32,000 bases of DNA from Pasteurella multocida (GCF_900187275.1 NZ_LT906458.1:360001-392000); one strand, 5' to 3'; positions 20,171 through 29,968 are shown, counted from the first letter of the stretch. The notes: generated by a model not told the origin, from the sequence alone. Numbers and translations are program-made.

Positions 20171-20277
20171 ATTGGGTTTTATTTGTTTTACTTACAATAA
20201 ATTAGGATTTTGAAAGTCGTTATGCGGTCATCTTTCTCAAAATAATACATATCAATATGTTGCAAGGAATGGATCTT

Positions 20278-21330
20278 ATGAAAAAAACACTTATTGCATT
20301 AGCGATCAGCTCATTTGCAGTGACTTCTGTCAGTGCAGCAACCATTTTCGATAAAGAAGGAACCAAAGTGGATGTAAGCGGTTCTGTTCGTTTACTTTTA
20401 CAACGTGAAACCAATCATCGTACCGACTTAAAAGATAAAGGATCACGTGTGACCTTTGATGTCACTCATCAGTTAGGTGAGGGATTAAGTGCATTAGGAC
20501 AAGTTGAAGTGCGTTTTAGCGATAAAGGGATTGGTGATCAGACTAAAATTTCTCGTTTATTTGCTGGGTTTAATCACGAAGCAGTAGGTAAATTAACGTT
20601 CGGTAAACAGTTAACAATTGGTGATGATATCGGTTTATCGGATTACACGTACAACTTAGGTGGTGTCAATAAATTAGTCACCAGTGGTGAAAAAGTCATC
20701 CATTTCAAATCAGCAGATTTTGCAGGTTTCCGTTTTGGTGCAGACTATGTATTTGATGAAGATCCATCTAAAACAGAAGCAGCAAATAAAAAGAATATTA
20801 ATAACAACGCTTATGTGTTAGGCGTATTTTATAACCGAACTGTGGGTGATTTGGGTTTTGCTTTAGAAGCCGGATACAGCAGCAAAAAAATCGGTGATGC
20901 CATGCTATCTGTTAATCAGAAAGCTTGGACAGTAGGCGGTGAGTTAAGTTACCAAGATTTTGCAGTGGCAGTAGATTACTCCCAAGTTAAAAGCGGTGAC
21001 GTTAGTACGATTCTATGGCGTGGACAAAAACATCCGGGTCAACCTAATCAAGATGATAGTTTCCACAAAGTTCGCGAAGTCGAATTAGGTTTGAAATATC
21101 AATTTATTCCAGAGTCAAAAATCTATACGGACTTTATCTGGGGTAAAGCCGTGACAGCTTATGATCGCACAGTGAGATTACGTGCGTATATCGCGGGTGT
21201 GGACTATAAATTCCATAAAAATGTGGTCACTTATTTAGAAGGTGGCGTATTTAGATACAAACATGACAATGATTTAGATCCAACTTTGAGAGATAAAAAA
21301 TTGGGTGTAGGTTTACGCGTGTTCTTCTAA
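20278..21330 (+). CDS. ompH_2: Second OmpH/OmpP2-family porin paralog
   Basis: From ATG 20278: MKKTLIALAISSFAVTSVSA signal peptide. It shares blocks with ompH_1 (GTKVDVSGSVRLLL, LTFGKQLTIGDDIGLSDYTY, YTDFIWGK, GVGLRVFF). AAGGAA SD lies upstream. Confidence 0.9.
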   Translation: MKKTLIALAISSFAVTSVSAATIFDKEGTKVDVSGSVRLLLQRETNHRTDLKDKGSRVTFDVTHQLGEGLSALGQVEVRFSDKGIGDQTKISRLFAGFNHEAVGKLTFGKQLTIGDDIGLSDYTYNLGGVNKLVTSGEKVIHFKSADFAGFRFGADYVFDEDPSKTEAANKKNINNNAYVLGVFYNRTVGDLGFALEAGYSSKKIGDAMLSVNQKAWTVGGELSYQDFAVAVDYSQVKSGDVSTILWRGQKHPGQPNQDDSFHKVREVELGLKYQFIPESKIYTDFIWGKAVTAYDRTVRLRAYIAGVDYKFHKNVVTYLEGGVFRYKHDNDLDPTLRDKKLGVGLRVFF

Positions 21331-21352
21331 TATGAAGTAATACCTAATAGAA

Positions 21353-21378
21353 AACCAGTGAATTTTCACTGGTTTTTT
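21353..21378. terminator. Bidirectional terminator between ompH_2 and convergent prmB
   Basis: AACCAGTGA (21353-61)/TCACTGGTT (21366-74), 4-nt loop, flanked by an A-run and a T-run. Confidence 0.8.
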
Positions 21379-21433
21379 GTTGTGATAGGCGATGAAAATG
21401 TTGTTAAATCTCACCGCACTTTTGATTCGTTTT

Positions 21434-22375
21434 TTATTGAAATAGGTGGCGGTATTGCATCAGTTCTGCCTGAGTTAGCGCAAAGACACCGACACCCCCG
21501 TTTTTGAGTTCAACCCAATTAAAAGGCACATCAGGATATTGCTCAATTAAATGTACCATGCTATTACCCACTTCACAGACTAACACACCTTGCTCTGTTA
21601 AATAATCTGGCGCGGCATAGAGAATTTTTTTGGTAATTTCTAGACCATCGACGCCAGATCCTAATGCCATTTCTGGTTCATGATGAAATTCAGCTGGCAT
21701 ATCAGATAAGTCTTCCAGATCAACATAAGGTGGGTTTGCCACAATCAAATCATACTGATCTTTGGCTAAGTCATGAAATAAATCTGATTGGATAGGGTAA
21801 ACACGATCGAGCATATTGTGGCGCTCAATGTTAATTTGCGCGACATCAAGCGCATCAGAGGACAGATCGACGGCATCTACTTCTGCTTCAGGGAAACGTT
21901 CTGCACAAGCGATAGCAATACAACCACTGCCTGTACACATGTCTAAAATACGTTTAGGTTCCTGCGGTAATAGTGGTGAAAAACCTTCTTGAATGAGGGC
22001 GCTGATTGGTGAACGCGGCACAATGACGCGCTCATCTACGTAGAAATTTAAGCCACAGAACCATGCTTGATGGGTCAGATAAGCAACGGGGATACGTTTT
22101 TCTAAACGTTGAATAATCAGGCGTAATAATACCTCTTTTTCTGAGCGAGTCAGATGCGCTGCATAACATTCATTAGGAAAATCAATAGGCAAGGCTAAGG
22201 TTGTTAAAACAAGCTGTAAGGCTTCATCCCAGGCATTATTATAGCCATGACCATAATAAATATCGGAGCGGTTAAAGGTGCTGTAAGTCCAGCGGAGAAA
22301 ATCTTGAATAGAATGCAATTCTTGATGAACTTGATCAGCAATGATTGTTTCAATCAGCTCTTGATTATGTGTCAT
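21434..22375 (-). CDS. prmB: 50S ribosomal protein L3 glutamine N5-methyltransferase
   Basis: [14 protein letters not shown] (SAM motif) and IVANPPYV (NPPY), colinear with E. coli PrmB. The start is taken at M26 of the ORF (ATG 22375, AAAGG SD). The 22450 start is an extension. Confidence 0.9.
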   Translation of the reverse strand: MTHNQELIETIIADQVHQELHSIQDFLRWTYSTFNRSDIYYGHGYNNAWDEALQLVLTTLALPIDFPNECYAAHLTRSEKEVLLRLIIQRLEKRIPVAYLTHQAWFCGLNFYVDERVIVPRSPISALIQEGFSPLLPQEPKRILDMCTGSGCIAIACAERFPEAEVDAVDLSSDALDVAQINIERHNMLDRVYPIQSDLFHDLAKDQYDLIVANPPYVDLEDLSDMPAEFHHEPEMALGSGVDGLEITKKILYAAPDYLTEQGVLVCEVGNSMVHLIEQYPDVPFNWVELKNGGVGVFALTQAELMQYRHLFQ

Positions 22376-22497
22376 AACGTACCTTTTATCATAAGAGAAA
22401 ACTGGCGTAGTTATATCATATTCCGCCAAATTTTGGAAATCATGTATCATAAAGATATGTTATTATGAATCTATTTGAATATGGAGAGCAAAAGAAT

Positions 22498-23004
22498 ATG
22501 TTAGAGCCGGATGATATTGCGTTATTCCGCGGTGCAGTCAAAGGGGTGAAAGCGCTTAAGCAGGATAAGTTTATTGCCCCTCGTCAGAAAATGTCTAAAA
22601 AGAAATCAACATTAAGAGATATTCGCGAAAAAGAGGATACCCTCTTTTACTTCTCGGATGAATATGAGCCATTGTTAAATGAAGAAAGTGCGGTGAGATA
22701 TTTACGTGAAGGCGAAGATTCTCATATTTTAAAGCAATTACGGCGCGGTGATTTTTCGCCAGAACTTTTTTTGGATCTTCATGGGCTGACTAAAGAACAA
22801 GCGAAAATAGAACTCGCCAGTTTATTACAAGCCTGCGAAAATGAACATGTGTATTGCGCGAGTGTGATGACCGGTTATGGTTCGTATATTTTAAAGCGCC
22901 AAATTCCACGTTGGTTAGTACAACATCCTAAAGTACGCGCCTTACATCAAGCCCCAAAAGCATGGGGCGGTGATGCAGCTATTTTAATTTTGTTTGAGGT
23001 TTAA
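22498..23004 (+). CDS. smrB: Smr-domain endonuclease SmrB
   Basis: C-terminal Smr domain (LDLHGLTKEQAKIEL ... WLVQHPKVRALHQAPKAWGGDAAILILFEV), colinear with E. coli SmrB and divergent from prmB as in E. coli. ATG 22498 has GGAGAG 9 nt upstream. ATG 22465 is an alternative start. Confidence 0.85.
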   Translation: MLEPDDIALFRGAVKGVKALKQDKFIAPRQKMSKKKSTLRDIREKEDTLFYFSDEYEPLLNEESAVRYLREGEDSHILKQLRRGDFSPELFLDLHGLTKEQAKIELASLLQACENEHVYCASVMTGYGSYILKRQIPRWLVQHPKVRALHQAPKAWGGDAAILILFEV

Positions 23005-25137
23005 GTTGATTTGTTGAAACGTATGGTAAAGTGAAGGCAAGATCTGACTAATCATATTCAATTGCTGAATCGGCACGCTAAACTGCGGTTGAAATAGATG
23101 ACCGGCTTGCTCAGTGTTCGCGTGCTTTAAATCATTCTCAATCCTTTCTTGCATTTTTTGGAACACCTCGGGTCTGAGTTTTTCAATATGCTCCAATACA
23201 TAAATAATTTTCTTGGCAATTGGATAAAAACCTGCCAGAAATTCGGTATTTTGTTGTAATGCCTTCATATTACTACGATAAGCGCCTAATGCGGAAATAT
23301 AGCTCAATAAAGAATAATTAATCTTCAGTAACTCAAAACCTTTTTGCAAATGTGCTTGGTATTTGTTTGGTTCATTATTCATATTTGAAATGGTGGTACT
23401 CAGGGCGGTGGCATTTTCATGGGCGTGGCGACGTACAATACGGTATTTCAGGTTATCTCCTTTACCAAATTGCAGTTGGCTAATCACATAAAGTAAGTAT
23501 TTGGCATTGCTTTTTACCGCTTGACGGCTGACTTTATCGAGTTGTAAGTAACGCCAATCTGGCCATAAATAAGACACAGCAAACCAAGCAATAAAAGCGC
23601 CAATGAACGTATCTATTACCCTTGAATACATCGCTTCATGAATATCAAAACCCATTACATCAAAGCTGATGAGTACTTGTAATGTGATAAAGAAAGTCGA
23701 GAAACTGTAGTTATTCGTTCTAAAAAAGAAAAATAAGGTGCTGGTTGCCACAATCAAACCAAGTTGCAATTCCAGTGTTGGATTAATATAAGGTAGTAAG
23801 GAACCGATAATGACGCCTAGAATTGTCCCAATAATACGTTGACGAAGGCGCAGTTTAGTGGCGGAATAATTGGGCTGACAGACAAAAACGGAGGTTAATA
23901 AAATCCAATAACCTCGCTCTAATTGAAAAAATTCAACAATAGAACAAGCGGTAAAAACGACGATAGATAAGCGCACAGCATGTCGAAACAGTTGAGAATT
24001 AAAATGGCAGTGACTTTTCATTGCATACAGGATATTACGTAAACCACGAACTTGTTCTGTATGAATTTTAGCGGTAGATGCACGTTCAGCTTGGTGTGTT
24101 TCTTGATCGAGATGACTAAGTTGCCATTCAACAGCTTGCAGGTTTTCAATCAAGGTCTTAAGATTTAGCACCACGTGTTCATTTTCTAGATGGCTTTTTG
24201 CATACAATTCAAAAGATTGATTTAGCCCTACAATCGCTTTTTCGACTTTATTATTGTAATGGTACTCTTTATTTTGCTGTAAACTTAAACCGATTTCGCG
24301 ACAGGCTTGGGCTTGTAATTCGAATAAGCGTTGAATACGAAAAATGAGATCCGTGTTTTTGAGCTGTTCCGCCATAGTATGATAATTAAATAGACTAGAG
24401 TTCGCGCGCTCATGAATGTCTTGTGCCGCAAAATAATAACGGATCATTTTTTGTGTGCGGCTATGGCGGTTTTGACCTCGAATACGATAGAACAGGGCAA
24501 TTCTGGTGGCATTAAATGCCTCAATAAGCGCACTGTCTTTCATGGCTAAATTCACTTCTTTATTCGCCAGTTGTTCAATTTCATCGGGATCAAAAAATTG
24601 TGATTTCGCGTCAAGATAGTGTCCCAAGGCTAAGAAGGATTTCGCGATACTTTCTTGTACTGGACGGTTAGGAAAAAACAAATGCACAACTAAAGTGATC
24701 ATGCTGTAAAGCAATGTCCCACATAAAATCATAATGGGGTTGATAAACCAAATAGTTTCTGGCAAGTAAGAAAGCGTTGTGTAAAGGGCGATAACTAAAG
24801 TGCCAAAGGCAATGGTGCTATAGCGTTGTCCTATTGCACCGACCATGGTAAACATAAACGTCATGGCCGTCATCAACAGCGTAAATTGAAAGCCATGACC
24901 AATGCTAATTTGCACCACTAGTGAGGAAATAGAGAAGGCAAGTAAGGTATAAAAGATATTTTTTAATCGCCCAGTTAAACGATTATCTAAGTCTACTAAT
25001 CCGCCAGCAATAATGCCTAAAATAAGCGGCATGCTTTGTTCGGAGATATCCAGAAGCCAAATAGCGAAAGCCGCAATATTTATCGCAATAAAAATGGGGA
25101 TTGTTGCGATAATTTTTGCATTAAACCAATTATTCAT
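22984..25137 (-). CDS. yccS: YccS/YhfK-family (FUSC-like) integral membrane protein
   Basis: 717 aa. GYWILLTSVFVCQPNYSATKLRLRQRIIGT and other blocks are colinear with E. coli YccS. Confidence 0.85.
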   Translation of the reverse strand: MNNWFNAKIIATIPIFIAINIAAFAIWLLDISEQSMPLILGIIAGGLVDLDNRLTGRLKNIFYTLLAFSISSLVVQISIGHGFQFTLLMTAMTFMFTMVGAIGQRYSTIAFGTLVIALYTTLSYLPETIWFINPIMILCGTLLYSMITLVVHLFFPNRPVQESIAKSFLALGHYLDAKSQFFDPDEIEQLANKEVNLAMKDSALIEAFNATRIALFYRIRGQNRHSRTQKMIRYYFAAQDIHERANSSLFNYHTMAEQLKNTDLIFRIQRLFELQAQACREIGLSLQQNKEYHYNNKVEKAIVGLNQSFELYAKSHLENEHVVLNLKTLIENLQAVEWQLSHLDQETHQAERASTAKIHTEQVRGLRNILYAMKSHCHFNSQLFRHAVRLSIVVFTACSIVEFFQLERGYWILLTSVFVCQPNYSATKLRLRQRIIGTILGVIIGSLLPYINPTLELQLGLIVATSTLFFFFRTNNYSFSTFFITLQVLISFDVMGFDIHEAMYSRVIDTFIGAFIAWFAVSYLWPDWRYLQLDKVSRQAVKSNAKYLLYVISQLQFGKGDNLKYRIVRRHAHENATALSTTISNMNNEPNKYQAHLQKGFELLKINYSLLSYISALGAYRSNMKALQQNTEFLAGFYPIAKKIIYVLEHIEKLRPEVFQKMQERIENDLKHANTEQAGHLFQPQFSVPIQQLNMISQILPSLYHTFQQINLNLKQN

Positions 25138-25170
25138 GCGTGTTCTTCTCTCATTCCTTGAGTCCTTTAT

Positions 25171-25623
25171 TTAGTGATGACGGCGCTGATAATATTGTTG
25201 TGCTGCTTGTTGTCTTGCGATTTCAGCCACTTCTTTGGGGACAACGCGTTGACCAACAGGCAACAGTGCAATGCCCGCTAATTTAAAATTAGCAAGTCCG
25301 ACTGGAATGCCTATGATGGTTAAACATTGTGCAATGCCGGAAAAAATATGGCATAAGCAGAGCCACCAACCAAACAAGATAAACCAGAGTACATTCAGTA
25401 CCGTGCCTAAGGAATTGCTAATAACATGCGTTGGTTCAAGGTATTTCACATGAATAATGTCATTACCAAATGGCATGAGGGACATTTTGCTAATTTCCCA
25501 ACAACTACGTGTATAAGGTAAGGTGACAATTAAGAGCGCGCTAACCAGCGTTGCGAGCAACCAACCTAAAGTGGTGGCAAAACCACCTAGCACAAAATTC
25601 AGGATATTTAAGATTAATGCCAT
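25171..25623 (-). CDS. yccF: Inner membrane protein YccF
   Basis: 150 aa. LNILNFVLGGFATTLGWLLATLVS...TRSCWEI is nearly colinear with E. coli YccF. Confidence 0.88.
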   Translation of the reverse strand: MALILNILNFVLGGFATTLGWLLATLVSALLIVTLPYTRSCWEISKMSLMPFGNDIIHVKYLEPTHVISNSLGTVLNVLWFILFGWWLCLCHIFSGIAQCLTIIGIPVGLANFKLAGIALLPVGQRVVPKEVAEIARQQAAQQYYQRRHH

Positions 25624-25660
25624 CGTTTATTTATTCTCCATACATGATCAAAACGTGAAG

Positions 25661-25698
25661 ATAAAAAATAGCTCAATATTAAGAGATCAATATTGAGC
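25661..25698 (-). terminator. Rho-independent terminator of mgsA
   Basis: 10-bp stem GCTCAATATT (25671-80)/AATATTGAGC (25689-98). On the minus strand it is followed by TATTTTTTAT (plus-strand A-run 25661-70). Confidence 0.7.
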
Positions 25699-25750
25699 AC
25701 CATTATAATGTGATTTCTGCATTTTTGACAAAAATAACCGACAACTGATG

Positions 25751-26209
25751 TTATTTTAAACGTTCTTTCAAATAGCCGTCATAATCAGGAATTCGTACTT
25801 GGGTTTCTTGAGCAAAGCTAGGTGATGTAATGAGAAAATCTGCTGTTGCCATATTCATTGCGACGGGAATATTCCACACCGTTGCGATTCGCATTAATGC
25901 TTTGACGTCAGGATCATGGGGGACTGCATTCATCGGATCCCAAAAGAAAATCAATACATCAATTTGTTTTTCTGCAATTAAGCCGCCCAATTGTTGATCG
26001 CCGCCCATTGGACCACTGAGTAAACTTTTAATCGGCAAATTTGCTTCTTTTTGAATGAGGTTGCCAGTTGTTCCTGTCGCATAAAGGGTATGTTGTGCTA
26101 ATAAAGTGCGGTGAGTTTTACACCAATTTATCAAATCTTGTTTACAGTGGTCATGTGCAACCAGTGCAATATGTTTATTAACAGACAAGGTACGTGCGGT
26201 ACTCTGCAT
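25751..26209 (-). CDS. mgsA: Methylglyoxal synthase
   Basis: 152 aa. [26 protein letters not shown] and [20 protein letters not shown] are typical of MgsA. Confidence 0.95.
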   Translation of the reverse strand: MQSTARTLSVNKHIALVAHDHCKQDLINWCKTHRTLLAQHTLYATGTTGNLIQKEANLPIKSLLSGPMGGDQQLGGLIAEKQIDVLIFFWDPMNAVPHDPDVKALMRIATVWNIPVAMNMATADFLITSPSFAQETQVRIPDYDGYLKERLK

Positions 26210-26230
26210 GATATCTCCTTAAACATGCTA

Positions 26231-26257
26231 AAGAAAAAGTGAGCAAAATGCTCACTT
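26231..26257 (-). terminator. Rho-independent terminator of yccT
   Basis: AAGTGAGC (26237-44)/GCTCACTT (26250-57), followed by a T-run on the minus strand (plus-strand A-run 26234-38). Confidence 0.65.
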
Positions 26258-26267
26258 TATGTTGTGT

Positions 26268-26924
26268 TTATTTTTGACCTTTGGCCCAACTTAAGAAACG
26301 TTGCTGTGTTTCTTTATCTGCTTGCTGATACCAGTATTGCAACATTTGTTCGGCTACATTTTCACCTTGAACAGTAATTTTTCCTTTTTGTGCTTTACCA
26401 AATCCAGGCATTGCAACAGGCATTGTAGTACTGGCTAAACGCGCCACTGCCGCTGGCGCACCAGAGGCATTATATTCAGATAGATTTTCAATTAGATTAA
26501 TGCCCGGTAAGAAACCTTCTTGTTTCAGATATTCTTGTTTTGTCGCAATTTCTACGCCTGAGACGGTTTTAACAGTGATCTTAGGCGATTTTTTAAAAGC
26601 GTTTGCATCTCTTTCAGTTTCTAAGCGAGGAGCGGAAATAATGATGTCATCTGTTGTACCTTGGAAAGTGACGACAATAGGGTCTGATTCATAAAGTGAG
26701 CGGTCAGAGCCTGTACGGATAATTTCAGCCACACGAACAACCACTTGGTGAGGAAGAGTATCACTTACATTAAAAGAGCGTTTTTCTTTTAAAAGTGATT
26801 TACTTGGCTTTTGTCCATCAATGGCAAGAAAATCAATGTTTGATGAACTTGTCACAACACCTGCAACGCTTACAGTGCTTGTTAATAGAGCGACGCTAGC
26901 TAATGCAGCGAAACGAAATTTCAT
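26268..26924 (-). CDS. yccT: UPF0319/YccT-family secreted protein (DUF2057)
   Basis: 218 aa with a signal peptide (MKFRFAALASVALLTSTVSVAG). Its position next to mgsA matches E. coli yccT. The family assignment is from memory of the UPF0319 family. Confidence 0.75.
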   Translation of the reverse strand: MKFRFAALASVALLTSTVSVAGVVTSSSNIDFLAIDGQKPSKSLLKEKRSFNVSDTLPHQVVVRVAEIIRTGSDRSLYESDPIVVTFQGTTDDIIISAPRLETERDANAFKKSPKITVKTVSGVEIATKQEYLKQEGFLPGINLIENLSEYNASGAPAAVARLASTTMPVAMPGFGKAQKGKITVQGENVAEQMLQYWYQQADKETQQRFLSWAKGQK

Positions 26925-27099
26925 ATTTGCTCCTGTCTTGGTAAAGGAAATAAGTTTGGAACGAAAACACTTTATTCATGAAAGTGCTAGGTTGTATGCT
27001 ATGCTAAATTCAGTTAAATGGAAATAGAAAAGTTTATTTTAATTGAAAAAAATGTGATGAGCTTAAAACTTTTCAGTGGAAGGGATGGGAGGTAAGAAT

Positions 27100-27372
27100 A
27101 TGTTGAAAAAACAGTTTATTGTTTATGGTTTAGTACAAGGCGTGGGATTTCGTTATTTTACCTGGAAAACCGCCATGCAAATAGGGGTTAAAGGCTATGT
27201 GCGTAATCGTGATGATGGTAGTGTTGAGGTCGTCGCTGTTGGTTCTACGACACAATTAACGCAATTACATACATGGTTAACACAAGGACCGAGAACGGCA
27301 TCGGTTGAACAAGTGATTGAACAAGAGTATGCCGATTCTCGAGAATTTACTGATTTTTCTGTGCGATATTAG
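27100..27372 (+). CDS. acyP: Acylphosphatase
   Basis: 90 aa from ATG 27100 (GGGAGG SD 7 nt upstream). VYGLVQGVGFRYF and GYVRNRDDGSVEV are acylphosphatase signatures. The 27076 GTG start is an extension. Confidence 0.9.
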   Translation: MLKKQFIVYGLVQGVGFRYFTWKTAMQIGVKGYVRNRDDGSVEVVAVGSTTQLTQLHTWLTQGPRTASVEQVIEQEYADSREFTDFSVRY

Positions 27373-27373
27373 C

Positions 27374-28213
27374 TTAAATTGGCTTTTGTATGTGCCATTT
27401 TACTTTTTGATATCCTAATGCGAGCGTAAAGAACATGGCTTGTAATAAAATAATGCAAGGTCCTGTTGCTGCGTCAATATGATAACTAATAATTGTCCCA
27501 AAAATACTGGTGATGACAGACATACAAATTGCAATGAGGAGCATGATGTCGAAACGCTTACTTAATAAAAAAGCAGTGATACCCGGTGAAATTAACATAG
27601 CAACCACTAAAATCACCCCGACCACTTGCATCGCCATGATAATGGTTAAGGCAAGTAAGACCAGTAAGCCATAGTGTAATAGCCGAGGTGAAAGCCCTGC
27701 GACGCGGGTATGACTTTGATCAAAGCAATAAAGCAAGAAGTCACGACGTTTAAGCATCATGATGACAAAAATGATTGTTGCAATAATAAAAGTTTGCACT
27801 AACTCAGCACGACTAACACCCAACAGATTACCAAATAAAATGTGGGTAAGGTGCTGTTCTGTTTCGACTTTCGTAAACAAAACGATACCAAAGGCAAACA
27901 TCCCAGAAAAAACAATCCCCATTACGGTATCTTCTTTAATACGGCTATTTTCTTTCAGATAACCGACGCTTAATGCACAAAATAAGCCTGCACCAAATGC
28001 GCCAAAAGTGAGTGGTAAACCAAGCATAAATGCAATGACAATTCCCGGCAAGACAGCATGTGAAATTGCATCGCCCATTAATGACCAACCTTTTAAGACT
28101 AAATAGCAGGAAAGCACCGCACATATAATCGCAACGATCAGTGCGGTGAAGAGGGCATTTTGCATAAAAGGATACAAGAAAGGTTCAACAAACCAATTGA
28201 TGATATCAGCCAT
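27374..28213 (-). CDS. yfeD: Chelated iron/manganese ABC transporter permease
   Basis: ABC-3 family permease paralogous to the upstream gene (LKGWSLMGDAISHAVLPG). The start is taken at M20 of the ORF (ATG 28213), overlapping the yfeC stop by 8 nt. Confidence 0.9.
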   Translation of the reverse strand: MADIINWFVEPFLYPFMQNALFTALIVAIICAVLSCYLVLKGWSLMGDAISHAVLPGIVIAFMLGLPLTFGAFGAGLFCALSVGYLKENSRIKEDTVMGIVFSGMFAFGIVLFTKVETEQHLTHILFGNLLGVSRAELVQTFIIATIIFVIMMLKRRDFLLYCFDQSHTRVAGLSPRLLHYGLLVLLALTIIMAMQVVGVILVVAMLISPGITAFLLSKRFDIMLLIAICMSVITSIFGTIISYHIDAATGPCIILLQAMFFTLALGYQKVKWHIQKPI

Positions 28214-29075
28214 GGTTTGCCTCCTGATTTTTCCCATTTTGTACCGCACTTTGCCGGCGTAAGACACCATATTTCGGTGAAAAACAAAAGGCGAGCAAGA
28301 AAATTGCAGTTTGCAGACACACGATTAAACCGCCTGTTGCTCCATCTAGATAATAACTTAGATAAACCCCAACGATGCTAGTTGTTGTTCCTAATATTAC
28401 TGCAATCGTCGCTAATTTTCCAAATCGGTCAGTTAGCAAATAAGCGGTTGCTCCGGGGGTAATCACCATAGCAATCACTAAAATGGCGCCGACAGTTTGT
28501 AACGCAGCCACGACGCAAGCACTGAGTAAAGTGAAAAACAGTACTTTATAGCGCAAGGGGGAAAGCCCAACAGAAGTCGCATGGGTTTCATCAAAAAACA
28601 CTAAGAGGAGATCTTTCCAAAATAACAGCAGTAAACTTAATGTAATGACAATAATGATGGCGACTTGCGTTACGTCTTCATCTGCAATGCCTAAAATGTT
28701 GCCCAAGATGATATCTTGCACATTAACTGATGTTGGGTTAAGCGAGATAATCAATAACCCTAAGGCAAAGAATGTGGTAAAGATAAAACCAATTACCGCA
28801 TCTTCACGTAATTTAGTAATTGATTTGATCCACAAAATCGAAAGTGCGGCTAAAATACCAGAAAAAAAGGCACCAAGTGCGTAAGGTAAGGAAAGGGCAT
28901 AGGCAATGGCAACACCGGGGACGACAGAGTGAGAGAGGGCATCACCAATTAAAGACCAGCCTTTTAGCATTAAATAAGAAGACATAAAAGCACAAATTCC
29001 GCCTACTGCTGCGGAAAGAAGAATTGCCTTTACCATATAATTATATTGGAAAGGTTCAAGCAATAAATCCCACAT
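28206..29075 (-). CDS. yfeC: Chelated iron/manganese ABC transporter permease
   Basis: 289-aa ABC-3 permease (LKGWSLIGDALSHSVVPG). The start codon shares 1 nt with the yfeB stop (29075). Confidence 0.9.
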   Translation of the reverse strand: MWDLLLEPFQYNYMVKAILLSAAVGGICAFMSSYLMLKGWSLIGDALSHSVVPGVAIAYALSLPYALGAFFSGILAALSILWIKSITKLREDAVIGFIFTTFFALGLLIISLNPTSVNVQDIILGNILGIADEDVTQVAIIIVITLSLLLLFWKDLLLVFFDETHATSVGLSPLRYKVLFFTLLSACVVAALQTVGAILVIAMVITPGATAYLLTDRFGKLATIAVILGTTTSIVGVYLSYYLDGATGGLIVCLQTAIFLLAFCFSPKYGVLRRQSAVQNGKNQEANHG

Positions 29076-29968
29076 TATTGTTCGCCTTTTCGTTGAGGGT
29101 GTTTAGTAATAGGTGCGGGCGGATCATTTTTCGTTTCACCATAGAAGACAGCAGGAAGTTCATCATCACTTAATACGGTAACGGAGCGGCTATCCTCATC
29201 ATCGTGGATATCTTTTCCAAGTAATTTAATATGACGTAACACCCCACCGAAGACTAATTCGAGATTTCGTTGTGTAAAGGTTGTTTCCGTTTTACCTGCC
29301 GCTAATACAGTGCGGTTAATCATCACCACTTGATCACAGAAATCAGGTACAGTACCTAAGTTATGGGTAGAAATTAAAATTAAATGCCCTTCACTTCGTA
29401 GTTGATCCAACAATGCCATAATCGCATTTTCCGTTTTTACATCAACGCCAGTGAAGGGTTCATCTAACAGAATAATTTTACTTTGTTGGGCAAGGGCACG
29501 TGCTAAGAACACCCGTTTTTTTTGACCACCAGATAACTCACCAATTTGGCGATCAGCAAGATGTTCAATATTGACGCGTTGCATAGCTTCTTTTACTTTT
29601 TGTTTGTCAATCGCTTTTGGCATACGTAAAAAGTTCATATAACCATAGCGTCCCATCATCACAACATCATAGACGGAAACGGGAAACTGCCAGTCAACAT
29701 CTTCTGATTGAGGCACATAAGCAACGAGATTTTGTTTCAACGCCGCTGAAATTGGCAAGCCACAAAGTTTAATTTCGCCTTTTTGTGGCTTAACCAATCC
29801 CATCAGGCTTTTGAAAATGGTGGATTTTCCACTGCCATTCACACCTACCAAAGCACAAGTTGTACCGCCTTCTAAGTTAAAGGTCGTATCATAAATTGCA
29901 AGGTGTCCATTGTTATAACGAACAGTGACATCATTGACTGAAATGGATGCAATGGTAGGAGAGGGCAT
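29075..29968 (-). CDS. yfeB: Chelated iron/manganese ABC transporter ATP-binding protein
   Basis: Walker [10 protein letters not shown], signature [15 protein letters not shown], Walker [12 protein letters not shown]. Confidence 0.93.
   Translation of the reverse strand: MPSPTIASISVNDVTVRYNNGHLAIYDTTFNLEGGTTCALVGVNGSGKSTIFKSLMGLVKPQKGEIKLCGLPISAALKQNLVAYVPQSEDVDWQFPVSVYDVVMMGRYGYMNFLRMPKAIDKQKVKEAMQRVNIEHLADRQIGELSGGQKKRVFLARALAQQSKIILLDEPFTGVDVKTENAIMALLDQLRSEGHLILISTHNLGTVPDFCDQVVMINRTVLAAGKTETTFTQRNLELVFGGVLRHIKLLGKDIHDDEDSRSVTVLSDDELPAVFYGETKNDPPAPITKHPQRKGEQ

Noticed and set aside
25699-25750. Possible yccF promoter (minus strand TTGTCA - 18 nt - TATAAT) located upstream of the mgsA terminator hairpin
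   Set aside because: The geometry is awkward. The predicted start falls inside the terminator stem and the spacer is 18 nt. It is plausible but not supportable enough to list as a feature.
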